Virus record (IMG/VR): IMGVR_UViG_3300038675_000378
Coordinates: 1-27,768 of that record
Strand: one strand, 5' to 3'
Length of the DNA stretch: 27,768 nucleotides
Source of the DNA: a virus
Lineage: Duplodnaviria; Caudoviricetes
A program made the translations under genes and the position numbers. Positions 6,860 to 14,685 of this stretch are shown here, one piece after another (within the stretch, counting starts at the first letter, position 1; every line of letters begins with the position of its first letter). The notes below the pieces were generated by a model. That model was not told the DNA's origin and made no database searches. It saw only the letters and a program-made list of their open reading frames with translations.

Positions 6860-7224
6860 CGGTGGACGGCCCCTTCCCCATACCTGTTAGCGGCTCCTCT
6901 TCCAAGAAAACGCTTCGAGAGGGAGTAAAGGCCGACCTCGGGAAGCCCCCAATGGACCTTCTTGACCCCTACGCCCTCGAAGAGATTTCTAAGGTTCTGG
7001 CGTTCGGGGCTATCAAATACGAGCCACATAATTGGAGAAGAGGAATCAAACTATCTCGGCTCCTCGCGGCTATGCTACGGCATACGTTCGCCTTCATTCG
7101 CGGCGAAGACTTGGACAAAGAATCGGGCTTGCCTCACATGGCCCACGCGCTATGCTGCGGGATGTTCATCTTATGGCTTCACAAGGAGCGTCCCGAATAT
7201 GACGACCGATGGAAAAACGACTGA
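6856..7224 (+). CDS. dATP/dGTP diphosphohydrolase domain protein (DUF5664 family)
   Basis: GVKADLGKPPMDLL..ALEEISKVLAFGAIKYEPHNWRRG...AMLRH...GEDLDKESGLPHMAHA. Confidence 0.9.
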   Translation: MTVDGPFPIPVSGSSSKKTLREGVKADLGKPPMDLLDPYALEEISKVLAFGAIKYEPHNWRRGIKLSRLLAAMLRHTFAFIRGEDLDKESGLPHMAHALCCGMFILWLHKERPEYDDRWKND

Positions 7225-7812
7225 GGAAAAATTGAGGGACGCGATGCGAAAGAACACCCCGGGGTTGTTGGCCTACGATGAATTGGTAAGGCTAACCGAA
7301 GAAAAGGTTATCGAAGGGTGTAAACCGGATCAAGTGAATGGGTCGAGCATCGACATAACTCTCGGAAGAGATTCATCCTCGTTGAATCTCTTCCGAAAGA
7401 TGAAATCCGCGTCTTGTCCTATGCGAATAGGGACGCACTCTCTGTCAGGGAAGTTGATCTGTCCATTAATCCGGGAGGCTTTCTCCTAATGCCTGGCGCA
7501 TTCATTCTCGCGCACTCCCGTGAGGTCTTCAATTTACCGAGTGACATCAGCGCGGAATATAAATTGAAGTCGAGCATGGCGCGGATCGGCCTGAATCATT
7601 TAAACGCCGGATGGTGCGATTCGTTCTGGTCGGGTTCGGTACTTACGCTCGAACTTCATAATACAACGCAAAATCATGCGATTCAACTTCGTATGGGCGA
7701 TCCGATTGGTCAAATGGTTTTCTTTCGCCACGCGCCTGTTCCCGAAGAATCTTCCTATAAGGTTCGTGGGCGTTACAATAACGACAAAACGGTTTCGGGA
7801 ATAAAAGAATGA
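7199..7812 (+). pseudogene. dcd: dCTP deaminase, split by a -1 frameshift near 7372 (pseudogene or sequence error)
   Basis: Frame A gives QVNGSSIDITLGRD; frame B continues FILVE...GAFILAHSREVFNLP..KSSMARIGL..AGWCD..LTLELHN..IGQMVF..GRYN; start 7199 or 7244. Confidence 0.85.
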
Positions 7813-8387
7813 CCGATGAATCGACCATCGTTTGTATTGCCTCCGGCCCGTCTTTGACACAAGAGGACGTGGCTTTTGTTCGAGGGAAGGCGGCGGTCTT
7901 CGTTTGTAACGACGGGTATAAGATCGCGCCGTGGGCCGATCTCCTCTATGCCGCCGACGCAAATTGGTGGGAATACCATCTTCCCTCTCTCAAAGATTTT
8001 AAGGGAGAGAGATGGACGTGCGATGAAGGCATCTCCAAAAAATATCGGATTAAAAAAGTTCTCATAAGAAATTGCCTTCATTTTACGAACGGTTGCGCTA
8101 TCGCTGGCGGTTCCAATTCGGGATTCCAACTTCTCAATATCGCTGCGATGAGACAACCGAAACGCATTGTTCTCCTCGGCTACGATATGAAGGAGACACC
8201 TGAAAAAAGTCATTGGTTTGGCGACCACCCGTTAAAAATAAGACGAGCCAAACCGTCCCCCTACCCTCGCTTTATTCGGGCCTTTGAGCAAGCTGCGCCG
8301 CTCATCGAGCCAGAAATTATAAACGCCACGAGGGATACCGCACTAACGTGCTTCCAAAGAAAAAGCCTACAGGAGATTTTCTCATGA
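7809..8387 (+). CDS. Maf/MptE/sialyltransferase-like (DUF115-type) transferase
   Basis: CIASGPSL, VCND, LYAAD..WW, GGSNSGFQLLNIA, IVLLGYDM, HWFGDH, IINAT...ALTCF. Confidence 0.75.
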   Translation: MTDESTIVCIASGPSLTQEDVAFVRGKAAVFVCNDGYKIAPWADLLYAADANWWEYHLPSLKDFKGERWTCDEGISKKYRIKKVLIRNCLHFTNGCAIAGGSNSGFQLLNIAAMRQPKRIVLLGYDMKETPEKSHWFGDHPLKIRRAKPSPYPRFIRAFEQAAPLIEPEIINATRDTALTCFQRKSLQEIFS

Positions 8388-9277
8388 GCGGAAAGCCTGT
8401 TCTCTACATAGAGGGGATGCACGGCCTCGGTGATAACATTCACCAACGAGCGATCATACGGCACTTTTTGAAAAGCTATGACGTTTGGCTAGAAACAAGT
8501 TGGCCCACCGTTTATCACGATCTCCCGATTCATTTTGTTGCGCGAGGAACTACGCTTCGGACACAGTTAAAGAACGCCGGAAAAGAGAGACTGCTATTTG
8601 ACGAAAAGCCGAAAAGCTTTTCTCGTAGAATCAAAATAGCTTACACAATGCCCGATGCGTTTTCCTGCGGGTCTGTTTTCCTCGCAATGGTCAAACATCT
8701 TGGCCTGAACCCCGAAGGTCTGGATTTTAGTCTCCCTGTACCGGATAGATGGCGGTCCTGGGCGAGAGAGAGAATTGGCCCGACAGAAAAACCCGTTCTG
8801 TTTTATCGCCCCCTCGTTATCCGTAAGGAATGGAACAACGGTGAACTCCGTAATCCAGACATCGGCCATTATGCCGAACTTTTTGCATCAATAAGAGATC
8901 GCTTTTTCGTCGTGTCCGTTGCGGATATTGACGACGTGAATGAACGGATCGTAAGCCGCCCGATCCTTGCTGATAAGACGTTCCATAAAGGGGAACTGAA
9001 CTTCCCTGAAATGGCCGGGCTTGTTGCTGAAAGCTCAATGGTCTTTTCTTCTCCCGGATTTGCTATCCCGTTGGCCCGAGCAATCGGAACGCCCGCTATT
9101 TGTATCTTCGGTGGTTATGAGAACTGTTCAAGCTTCTCGGTAGGGCGCGGTGAGTATCTTGGCATAGACCCCATCGAACCGTGTTTCAGTTTTCCACAGA
9201 AACGATGCAACAAGAAAATCAATATCCCCGTGGCCCTAGCAAAAATAAGGAACTTTGTCGATGCTAACACTCCCTAA
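8384..9277 (+). CDS. GT-B fold glycosyltransferase, family 9 (heptosyltransferase)-like
   Basis: N-terminal GLGDNI motif; C-terminal FSSPGFAIPLARAIGTPAICIFGG resembles GT9 DSGxxHLAxAxGxPxxxLFG; Cys cluster near the end. Confidence 0.75.
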   Translation: MSGKPVLYIEGMHGLGDNIHQRAIIRHFLKSYDVWLETSWPTVYHDLPIHFVARGTTLRTQLKNAGKERLLFDEKPKSFSRRIKIAYTMPDAFSCGSVFLAMVKHLGLNPEGLDFSLPVPDRWRSWARERIGPTEKPVLFYRPLVIRKEWNNGELRNPDIGHYAELFASIRDRFFVVSVADIDDVNERIVSRPILADKTFHKGELNFPEMAGLVAESSMVFSSPGFAIPLARAIGTPAICIFGGYENCSSFSVGRGEYLGIDPIEPCFSFPQKRCNKKINIPVALAKIRNFVDANTP

Positions 9278-9836
9278 AATAAAAGTCGAACCCGCCGTAA
9301 TTGATTGGCTCGGCCTAGATCGTCGGTACATGAATCCGAACGAACTAGAAATCTTGTGCGCCCTTTTCAAGGACGTTGCCCCTAAAACCGTTGTTGAGTT
9401 CGGGATCAATGCCGGACGAACCGCGAAGGCGCTACTTCGAGAGGTTCCGACGATTGAACGGTATATCGGGATAGACGTTCTGCCGGGCTACACGACTGAC
9501 AAGAAAGTCCAAAGGAACGAAGTTCCGCAGAAAGCGGGGGCTTTGGTTTCCGGAGACGAACGTGTCGAACTTATCGTTACAGAAAAAGGTTCCCACGGCC
9601 TGACTGACTTACCGCCATGCGATGCCGTTTTTATCGACGGGGATCACGGACGCTTTGGCGTTGAACATGATTCCGATCTTGCGTTCCGTGCCGTCCGTCC
9701 GGGAGGAATCATCGTCTGGCACGATTATCACGATCTTGGGACTGTGGATGTGCGGGATGTTCTGCACGAACTCCGCGCCAAGGGGCACGATATTATCTCT
9801 GTCGAGGGAACGTGGTTGGCTTTTGAACGGGTTTAG
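9261..9836 (+). CDS. Class I SAM-dependent methyltransferase (Methyltransf_24-like O-methyltransferase)
   Basis: VVEFGINAGRTA, YIGID, AVFIDGDH, VRPGGIIVWHDY. Confidence 0.88.
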   Translation: MLTLPKIKVEPAVIDWLGLDRRYMNPNELEILCALFKDVAPKTVVEFGINAGRTAKALLREVPTIERYIGIDVLPGYTTDKKVQRNEVPQKAGALVSGDERVELIVTEKGSHGLTDLPPCDAVFIDGDHGRFGVEHDSDLAFRAVRPGGIIVWHDYHDLGTVDVRDVLHELRAKGHDIISVEGTWLAFERV

Positions 9837-9839
9837 GAA

Positions 9840-10310
9840 ATGGTTGTTATCTTCGACTTAGATGGAACGCTCTCGGATCATCGGCATCGCTTATCCCTCG
9901 CTCCGCCGCGCTGTGAAAAACCGGATTGGTCGGCGTACTCTAAAGCTTGCGTTGACGACCCGCCGATCCTGCCGATGATCGCAATGGCGAAAACCCTTGG
10001 GCGAGATCACAAAATCTGGATCGTGTCGGGGCGCGGTTCGGAGGTGCAAGAAGAAACGATTGCTTGGCTCAAGAAACATGAGGTCCCTGTAGATATGCTC
10101 ATACTTCGGAAAGAGGGGTACCACGCGCCAGGCGATGTCCTAAAAGCGCATTGGGTTGCGTCGGGCGTTGTCCCTCGAAAAGAGGACGTGCTGGCCGTTT
10201 TTGAGGATCAACCATCTGTTGTTTCCATGTGGCGCGGCTTGGGGTATCCATGTTACGCCGTGGACGCGAATCAGGTAGAGGGGTTTTATGAGGGCGACTT
10301 CCTTAGATAG
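9840..10310 (+). CDS. HAD-superfamily phosphatase (PNKP 3'-phosphatase-like)
   Basis: IFDLDGTL motif I, VSGR motif II, K, FED motif IV, VSMWRGLG. Confidence 0.88.
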   Translation: MVVIFDLDGTLSDHRHRLSLAPPRCEKPDWSAYSKACVDDPPILPMIAMAKTLGRDHKIWIVSGRGSEVQEETIAWLKKHEVPVDMLILRKEGYHAPGDVLKAHWVASGVVPRKEDVLAVFEDQPSVVSMWRGLGYPCYAVDANQVEGFYEGDFLR

Positions 10311-10473
10311 CCAGATAGCCTGTCAACGGTATTGGGAGAGCTTTACGAACGGCCAACGAGAAGAGGCCCGCCGTTTGTGCCTCGAAGCGATCTTGAAAGC
10401 CTTCCCTTACGGAGTTGATCCCGCGCTCTTTGAAAAAGTTTGTAAAGACGTTCTGAGAAGGGAGACAGCATGA
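10288..10473 (+). CDS. Hypothetical protein
   Basis: 61-aa ORF, GAGGGG RBS, ATGA overlap with next gene. Confidence 0.55.
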   Translation: MRATSLDSQIACQRYWESFTNGQREEARRLCLEAILKAFPYGVDPALFEKVCKDVLRRETA

Positions 10474-10859
10474 CGGTATCCAACAAAGACACGACTCTAC
10501 TCCTTCTTTTTTACAAGCACTCCCAACTCCTGACGTGCAGGGGGGTTCCGAAAAGGGAACGGGACGCTATGCGGGCAAAGTTTCACGGAAAAAGTTTCCG
10601 CGCAGCCGCGCTTGCCGCTTTCGTAAACAAAAAGAGATTCCGCCCTTTTCAGGTTCATCACATAAAGCCGATAAGCCTCGGTGGGGATAATTCGTATGAG
10701 AACCTCGCGTTAGTAGAACCAGACCTTCACGAAACGATTCACGATTTTATCCACGCGCAACACGAGCTACGAGAGAATGAGGTTCGAGACTTACTCATAC
10801 CGAGGTTTCCCGGCCAGGTTTGGTGTTTCAGTTACTTAGGAATGAGGTTCAATGTTTGA
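10470..10859 (+). CDS. HNH endonuclease
   Basis: QVHHIKPISLGGDNSYENLALVEPDLHETIH. Confidence 0.88.
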   Translation: MTVSNKDTTLLLLFYKHSQLLTCRGVPKRERDAMRAKFHGKSFRAAALAAFVNKKRFRPFQVHHIKPISLGGDNSYENLALVEPDLHETIHDFIHAQHELRENEVRDLLIPRFPGQVWCFSYLGMRFNV

Positions 10860-11049
10860 CGCGCAGCGCATAGCTTTAGCAGCAGTAACGGACTTGGAAG
10901 CCGACGGCTTCCTGTTCATCGAAGGCCCAGAGGATCGGGCGGAGGTTCTTTCCATCTTGAAGGTTCACTTTCGAGAAGCCTATGCACAGGGTACTCAATC
11001 GACCGAATCGGTATCGCCGGAGCAAGTTTCCCCCGATCCCTCCCGCTAA
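10852..11049 (+). CDS. Hypothetical protein
   Basis: 65-aa ORF with GAGG RBS. Confidence 0.55.
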   Translation: MFDAQRIALAAVTDLEADGFLFIEGPEDRAEVLSILKVHFREAYAQGTQSTESVSPEQVSPDPSR

Positions 11050-11446
11050 ACTAAAAACGATTTATGGCCTTTGGCATGATTCGTTTTTGTCGATGGCGGA
11101 TATTGCCCGCAAGACAGGGATTGAATTGTCGCGAATTAAACGTGCCGCGAGAGAGGGCGCATGGCCCCATCGAATAACGGTACGCGGTGGGCAAAAAGAC
11201 AGGAGGCTCCACAAACGTCCCGACGGGGCACGCAACCCGCACAAACATAAAAAGATTATAGAACAAGAGGTTACCCCCGAAGGCATTCACGGGGTTGATC
11301 TTAATCAACAGTCCTGCCGTTGGCCCCACGGCGATCCCCTGAGCAAGAGTTTTCGATTTTGCGGCAAGAAAGCCCACCACAGCCTCCCCTATTGCCTTGA
11401 GCATTGCAAGCTGGCTTATGAGGGCTTCGTGGAGAAAGACGCATAG
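10982..11446 (+). CDS. gcrA: GcrA-family transcriptional regulator
   Basis: C-terminal DLNQQSCRWPHGDP...FRFCG......PYCLEHCKLAY; N-terminal HTH-like LW...LSMADIARKTGI. Confidence 0.85.
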   Translation: MHRVLNRPNRYRRSKFPPIPPAKLKTIYGLWHDSFLSMADIARKTGIELSRIKRAAREGAWPHRITVRGGQKDRRLHKRPDGARNPHKHKKIIEQEVTPEGIHGVDLNQQSCRWPHGDPLSKSFRFCGKKAHHSLPYCLEHCKLAYEGFVEKDA

Positions 11447-11461
11447 GCGACCGTTTTTTCC

Positions 11462-11478
11462 GGCTTGGCAAGCCTTTT
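11462..11478 (+). terminator. Putative intrinsic terminator at the convergence of the two arms
   Basis: GGCTT-GGC-AAGCC hairpin followed by TTTT; stem is short. Confidence 0.45.
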
Positions 11479-11734
11479 ATCGGCCCCCTGTCGCCCATTC
11501 TGCCAAAAGCTCGTGTTTCCGGCGGCAATCGAGAAGCGAAACGGTGTTCTCGATCAGGGCGGACGCAACGGCCCCGAACGAGTCGTCGGCTAAAGGGACG
11601 GGTTTCTTACACCCCGCGATCAGATTAGCGGGCGGGGCGACCCGTTGTATCGGGGTTTGCGGCGGAACCGTAGAGGTGCATGAAATCAGAACCAGCGCGG
11701 CAAGCACCAAAAGAGACATTTTTGTTGAGGACAT
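11477..11734 (-). CDS. o-spanin (Rz1-like lipoprotein)
   Basis: Signal peptide with lipobox-like LISC, Pro-rich linker, later Cys; overlaps the i-spanin end; start may be 11719. Confidence 0.8.
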   Translation of the reverse strand: MSSTKMSLLVLAALVLISCTSTVPPQTPIQRVAPPANLIAGCKKPVPLADDSFGAVASALIENTVSLLDCRRKHELLAEWATGGR

Positions 11735-12005
11735 CGGTGAGGCTCCTTCTCATCTCTGTTAGCTTCTTTTCAGAAGCGATTCGAGAAAGCTCGTATTCGT
11801 GGGCCTTCTCATCGGCCAACTTTTGAATCGCATCGCGCTCCCTCGAAAGGGTGTCATGAATCTCCGCGATCTGGTGCTGGCATTTTACAAATTGGCGATC
11901 CGCCCCCTCACTCCACCCGAACCAGAACGCTCCACCGAGCGAAAGAACGAGGAGGATAAGCCGCCAATTATCTTTCAGGGCAGTCATGATGGTCAGGAAA
12001 GTCAT
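11625..12005 (-). CDS. i-spanin (Rz-like)
   Basis: N-terminal TM helix, coiled-coil, C-terminal Cys; downstream of the endolysin. Confidence 0.8.
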   Translation of the reverse strand: MTFLTIMTALKDNWRLILLVLSLGGAFWFGWSEGADRQFVKCQHQIAEIHDTLSRERDAIQKLADEKAHEYELSRIASEKKLTEMRRSLTDVLNKNVSFGACRAGSDFMHLYGSAANPDTTGRPAR

Positions 12006-12213
12006 TTCCGCGATCCCTATATTTCAGTTTCAGAAAGAGGCCCGCCGTGTAGTTCGCCCCGACGATGGCCCCGTATGCCGCGAGAAGTTCCCAATCGACC
12101 GTCTCTTGTCGGAGCATTACCCATGACATAACGACATTCGCAACGTGCATCCAAACTTTCGTCGTGGACACTTTTTCCGTTTTGTCGTCCGCAATGAAAT
12201 CACGCAGTTTCAT
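11968..12213 (-). CDS. Putative holin (two hydrophobic segments)
   Basis: MKLRDFIADDKTEKVSTTKVWMHVANVV...WELLAAYGAIVGANY; lies between endolysin and spanins. Confidence 0.6.
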   Translation of the reverse strand: MKLRDFIADDKTEKVSTTKVWMHVANVVMSWVMLRQETVDWELLAAYGAIVGANYTAGLFLKLKYRDRGNDFPDHHDCPER

Positions 12214-12694
12214 GGAGTTCCGCCCCGCGCTTTTTTGCGAAGGCGAGGAGTTTTTCGAGTTTTTGTTCGGGTTGACCATATCCGGCTCCCGGTAAGGAGG
12301 CCCACACAGGGGCGCACTTTTTAATCGCAGAAGAGAACAAGCCCGCATCAATGTCCGGAATCGCCCGTCTCTCAGCAATCAACTGTAGCGCAATTCGATC
12401 TTGCGCGTAAGGAGAAAAATCAGTCAGACCGAGGCGCTTTTTATAGGCATCGAAGTTGGTCATGGTGATCTGATAGCGGCCCGCCGCCGTTGTGAAATCT
12501 TTCTTACCGTTCCGGAGGAACTCGTCGTTCTTCTCGTAGGTTCTATGGCGTGGGTGATCGTCGTATCCGAAGAAAAGTTTTGGCGCTTTGGCCGTTGCGC
12601 CAAAGAGAACGTCGTACCCGTCGTCCCCAATTCCAAAAGTACCTTCCGAGAAAGCGATCATATCGAGGAACGCTGCGCGATTCTTGGCAAACAT
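12200..12694 (-). CDS. Endolysin, lambda R-like lytic transglycosylase (GH104)
   Basis: AFLDMIAFSEGT, GYDVLFG, TAAGRYQ, DFSPYAQD, WASLPGAGYGQ. Confidence 0.95.
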   Translation of the reverse strand: MFAKNRAAFLDMIAFSEGTFGIGDDGYDVLFGATAKAPKLFFGYDDHPRHRTYEKNDEFLRNGKKDFTTAAGRYQITMTNFDAYKKRLGLTDFSPYAQDRIALQLIAERRAIPDIDAGLFSSAIKKCAPVWASLPGAGYGQPEQKLEKLLAFAKKRGAELHETA

Positions 12695-12999
12695 TATCGG
12701 ATACTCCCTCTAGAGAGAATTGCTTCAATTCGTTCGAGAAGCGCATTTTGTAGCGTTATTTTTTCTTCGAGTCTGGCTATGCGTTGGCACACATCGACGT
12801 TTGTTTTTGAGTAATCCCTATCGAGCGTTTCCCCGATTACAATACGGCGTTCATGATCCTCAACGCGGGCATCGAGTTTTGACCCCCATGAAACGAGGAA
12901 AGCCGATTGGAACAAAAGGGGGATAATAACGCTGATAAGAATCTTCTTATCGAAGACGAACTTGTCGTCACGGCGACGGCTTGGCTTGGTTTGTTCCAT
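12694..12999 (-). CDS. Single-TM coiled-coil protein; holin/antiholin candidate
   Basis: ILISVIIPLLFQSAFLVSWG then coiled-coil; GGAG RBS; directly upstream of the endolysin. Confidence 0.6.
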   Translation of the reverse strand: MEQTKPSRRRDDKFVFDKKILISVIIPLLFQSAFLVSWGSKLDARVEDHERRIVIGETLDRDYSKTNVDVCQRIARLEEKITLQNALLERIEAILSRGSIR

Positions 13000-13168
13000 C
13001 AATAATTCTCCGATACACGGCCTCGGCGCTTCTGAGCCAAGGAACATCGACACAGGTTGGATGCTTCAATCTTTGTATCAGAGCGGTTTCTGCTGAACGC
13101 CTAATGTCTTCCGGAGCGTCTCCGAAAACTTCCCGGATTGAAAGTCGCACCGCCGTTTTCATGTCCAT
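12968..13168 (-). CDS. Hypothetical protein
   Basis: 66-aa ORF heading the lysis cassette. Confidence 0.55.
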   Translation of the reverse strand: MDMKTAVRLSIREVFGDAPEDIRRSAETALIQRLKHPTCVDVPWLRSAEAVYRRIIDGTNQAKPSP

Positions 13169-13180
13169 TCCGGGAACCCC

Positions 13181-13210
13181 TAATAAACCACAAGTGGTTT
13201 GTTATTTCAA
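13181..13210 (-). promoter_or_regulatory. Inverted repeat, possibly promoter-operator or terminator, upstream of the lysis cassette
   Basis: TAATAAACCAC-AA-GTGGTTTGTTA (13181-13204, one mismatch); TTGAAA at 13210-13205 on - strand. Confidence 0.45.
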
Positions 13211-13218
13211 GTCGATAC

Positions 13219-14685
13219 CTACACAATCTCCCGTACCGCAAGATTAAGAACAGATCGGATTTTCTGCGTCATTTTTGACGCAAAATATTGAACGCCAATA
13301 TCTGTCAGGTGAGAATTATCAGCCCCGATATAGGTTCCAGTATTGTTAGCGTCGATCCAACTTCCAGAGGGGTCTGTAGTGACTCTGATAAAGTGCGCGT
13401 TCTGGTCAGCCCATTGGAGGAAAGCAGCATAGAGAGCGTCCTCAATGACGGTTGCAACAGCTTGGTTCACAGAAACGGTTGTTGGGCAACCGAATACTAT
13501 GATTGGTGTGCTAGGCGCATTAGCCCTAACGCCTTTCCACGTTGTCAATGCGGCGGCTTGTATCGCGGCAGCAGAACTCCCGTTATCTGTTATTGACCCA
13601 AGAAAGACGATAACATCATAATCACGACCGGAAACGTCGGCTTGACGTTCTGGTTCCTGCCACGCATAGTTGCTGCCACCGTCCGCAACATAGCCCGTTC
13701 CGCCCTGCGCACACATGTCGTTGGACCACCCAAGGGCTTCCGCAGTACGAAAAGCGACGTTTTTCGCGGGCCAATCATCCGTTGTGTCTCCACCGTTTGT
13801 CCAACTGTCACCAAAGAAGCATGCGTGAACTTTGTTGGCATGTTCGGGCTTCCATATTCTCGCGCCGTTTATAACGTATATTGCTTGTAACGGCCTTCCG
13901 GCAGCGAACTCGACGCGCACTTTATGGATTCCTGCTGTAGCAAACTGGATTGTTATATACCCCTCATTCGCTTCGCCGTAAGTTTCTGGTGTCGCTGATT
14001 GGTACACGTCATCAATGGCTATTCTGTATGCGTTGGGCGTTGTGCCGTTCCTATAGGAGTATATTTTAACCGTAGCAGCAGCAGTTGATATGTTCGCCGC
14101 GTCAGTCATGAACTCAATAGCCCATGGAACTCCTTGGGCACTTGGCGTGGCTTTTGCGGTATGCGTAAGTACAGCCATAAAGTTGTTGCTGAATCCTCCG
14201 GCAAAACCCCCTATAATGTCTATTTTTTCACTCGCGGCCTTAAGTGAGACTCCCGTTCCCGACGCTATAGCGGCCTTCGAGATCGTTATCTGAGAAGCAC
14301 TATCTACCGATACGATCAAAGCCCCAAGAGGCACATACGGCGGATATAAATAGCCGTAAGCACCGGGGCTATATATTGGTTGACCGACGACCAACCCACT
14401 TGTTGAGCTTACGCCCGTAATAATTTTGCTTCCTTTCGTTGTTGTCCCCGTAAATGAGGCGGCATATCCGCTTGACGCAGGGAGAAAGTTAGTCATGCCT
14501 GTGTAGCTCGGCGCACTCGAAGGGCTTGTAATTGTCGCCAATGACGCAACGGCGTTCGTGAAAAGCGTTCCTCCACGTTCTGCCGCAATAGCTGCTCTTT
14601 GCGCGGACGATAGCTTTTTCTCATACTCGGAATGAAGAACGCACCCACCGAGTAAGCTACCTGTCGGATTAAGGAGATCAGTCAT
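13219..14685 (-). CDS. SGNH/GDSL esterase domain protein, probable tail-associated receptor-binding deacetylase
   Basis: FFGDSWT (block I), GGTGY (II), FLGSITD (III), DNSH (V); Ser/Thr/Gly-rich beta N-terminal half; at the end of the tail genes. Confidence 0.8.
   Translation of the reverse strand: MTDLLNPTGSLLGGCVLHSEYEKKLSSAQRAAIAAERGGTLFTNAVASLATITSPSSAPSYTGMTNFLPASSGYAASFTGTTTKGSKIITGVSSTSGLVVGQPIYSPGAYGYLYPPYVPLGALIVSVDSASQITISKAAIASGTGVSLKAASEKIDIIGGFAGGFSNNFMAVLTHTAKATPSAQGVPWAIEFMTDAANISTAAATVKIYSYRNGTTPNAYRIAIDDVYQSATPETYGEANEGYITIQFATAGIHKVRVEFAAGRPLQAIYVINGARIWKPEHANKVHACFFGDSWTNGGDTTDDWPAKNVAFRTAEALGWSNDMCAQGGTGYVADGGSNYAWQEPERQADVSGRDYDVIVFLGSITDNGSSAAAIQAAALTTWKGVRANAPSTPIIVFGCPTTVSVNQAVATVIEDALYAAFLQWADQNAHFIRVTTDPSGSWIDANNTGTYIGADNSHLTDIGVQYFASKMTQKIRSVLNLAVREIV

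Noticed and set aside
6962-7489. 175-aa ORF as an independent gene
   Set aside because: Only its middle part is meaningful, as the N-terminal half of the frameshifted dcd; the rest overlaps other genes
10470-10859. HNH gene as an intron- or intein-borne homing element
   Set aside because: Free-standing, coupled to its neighbours, and no interrupted gene flanks it; common in phages
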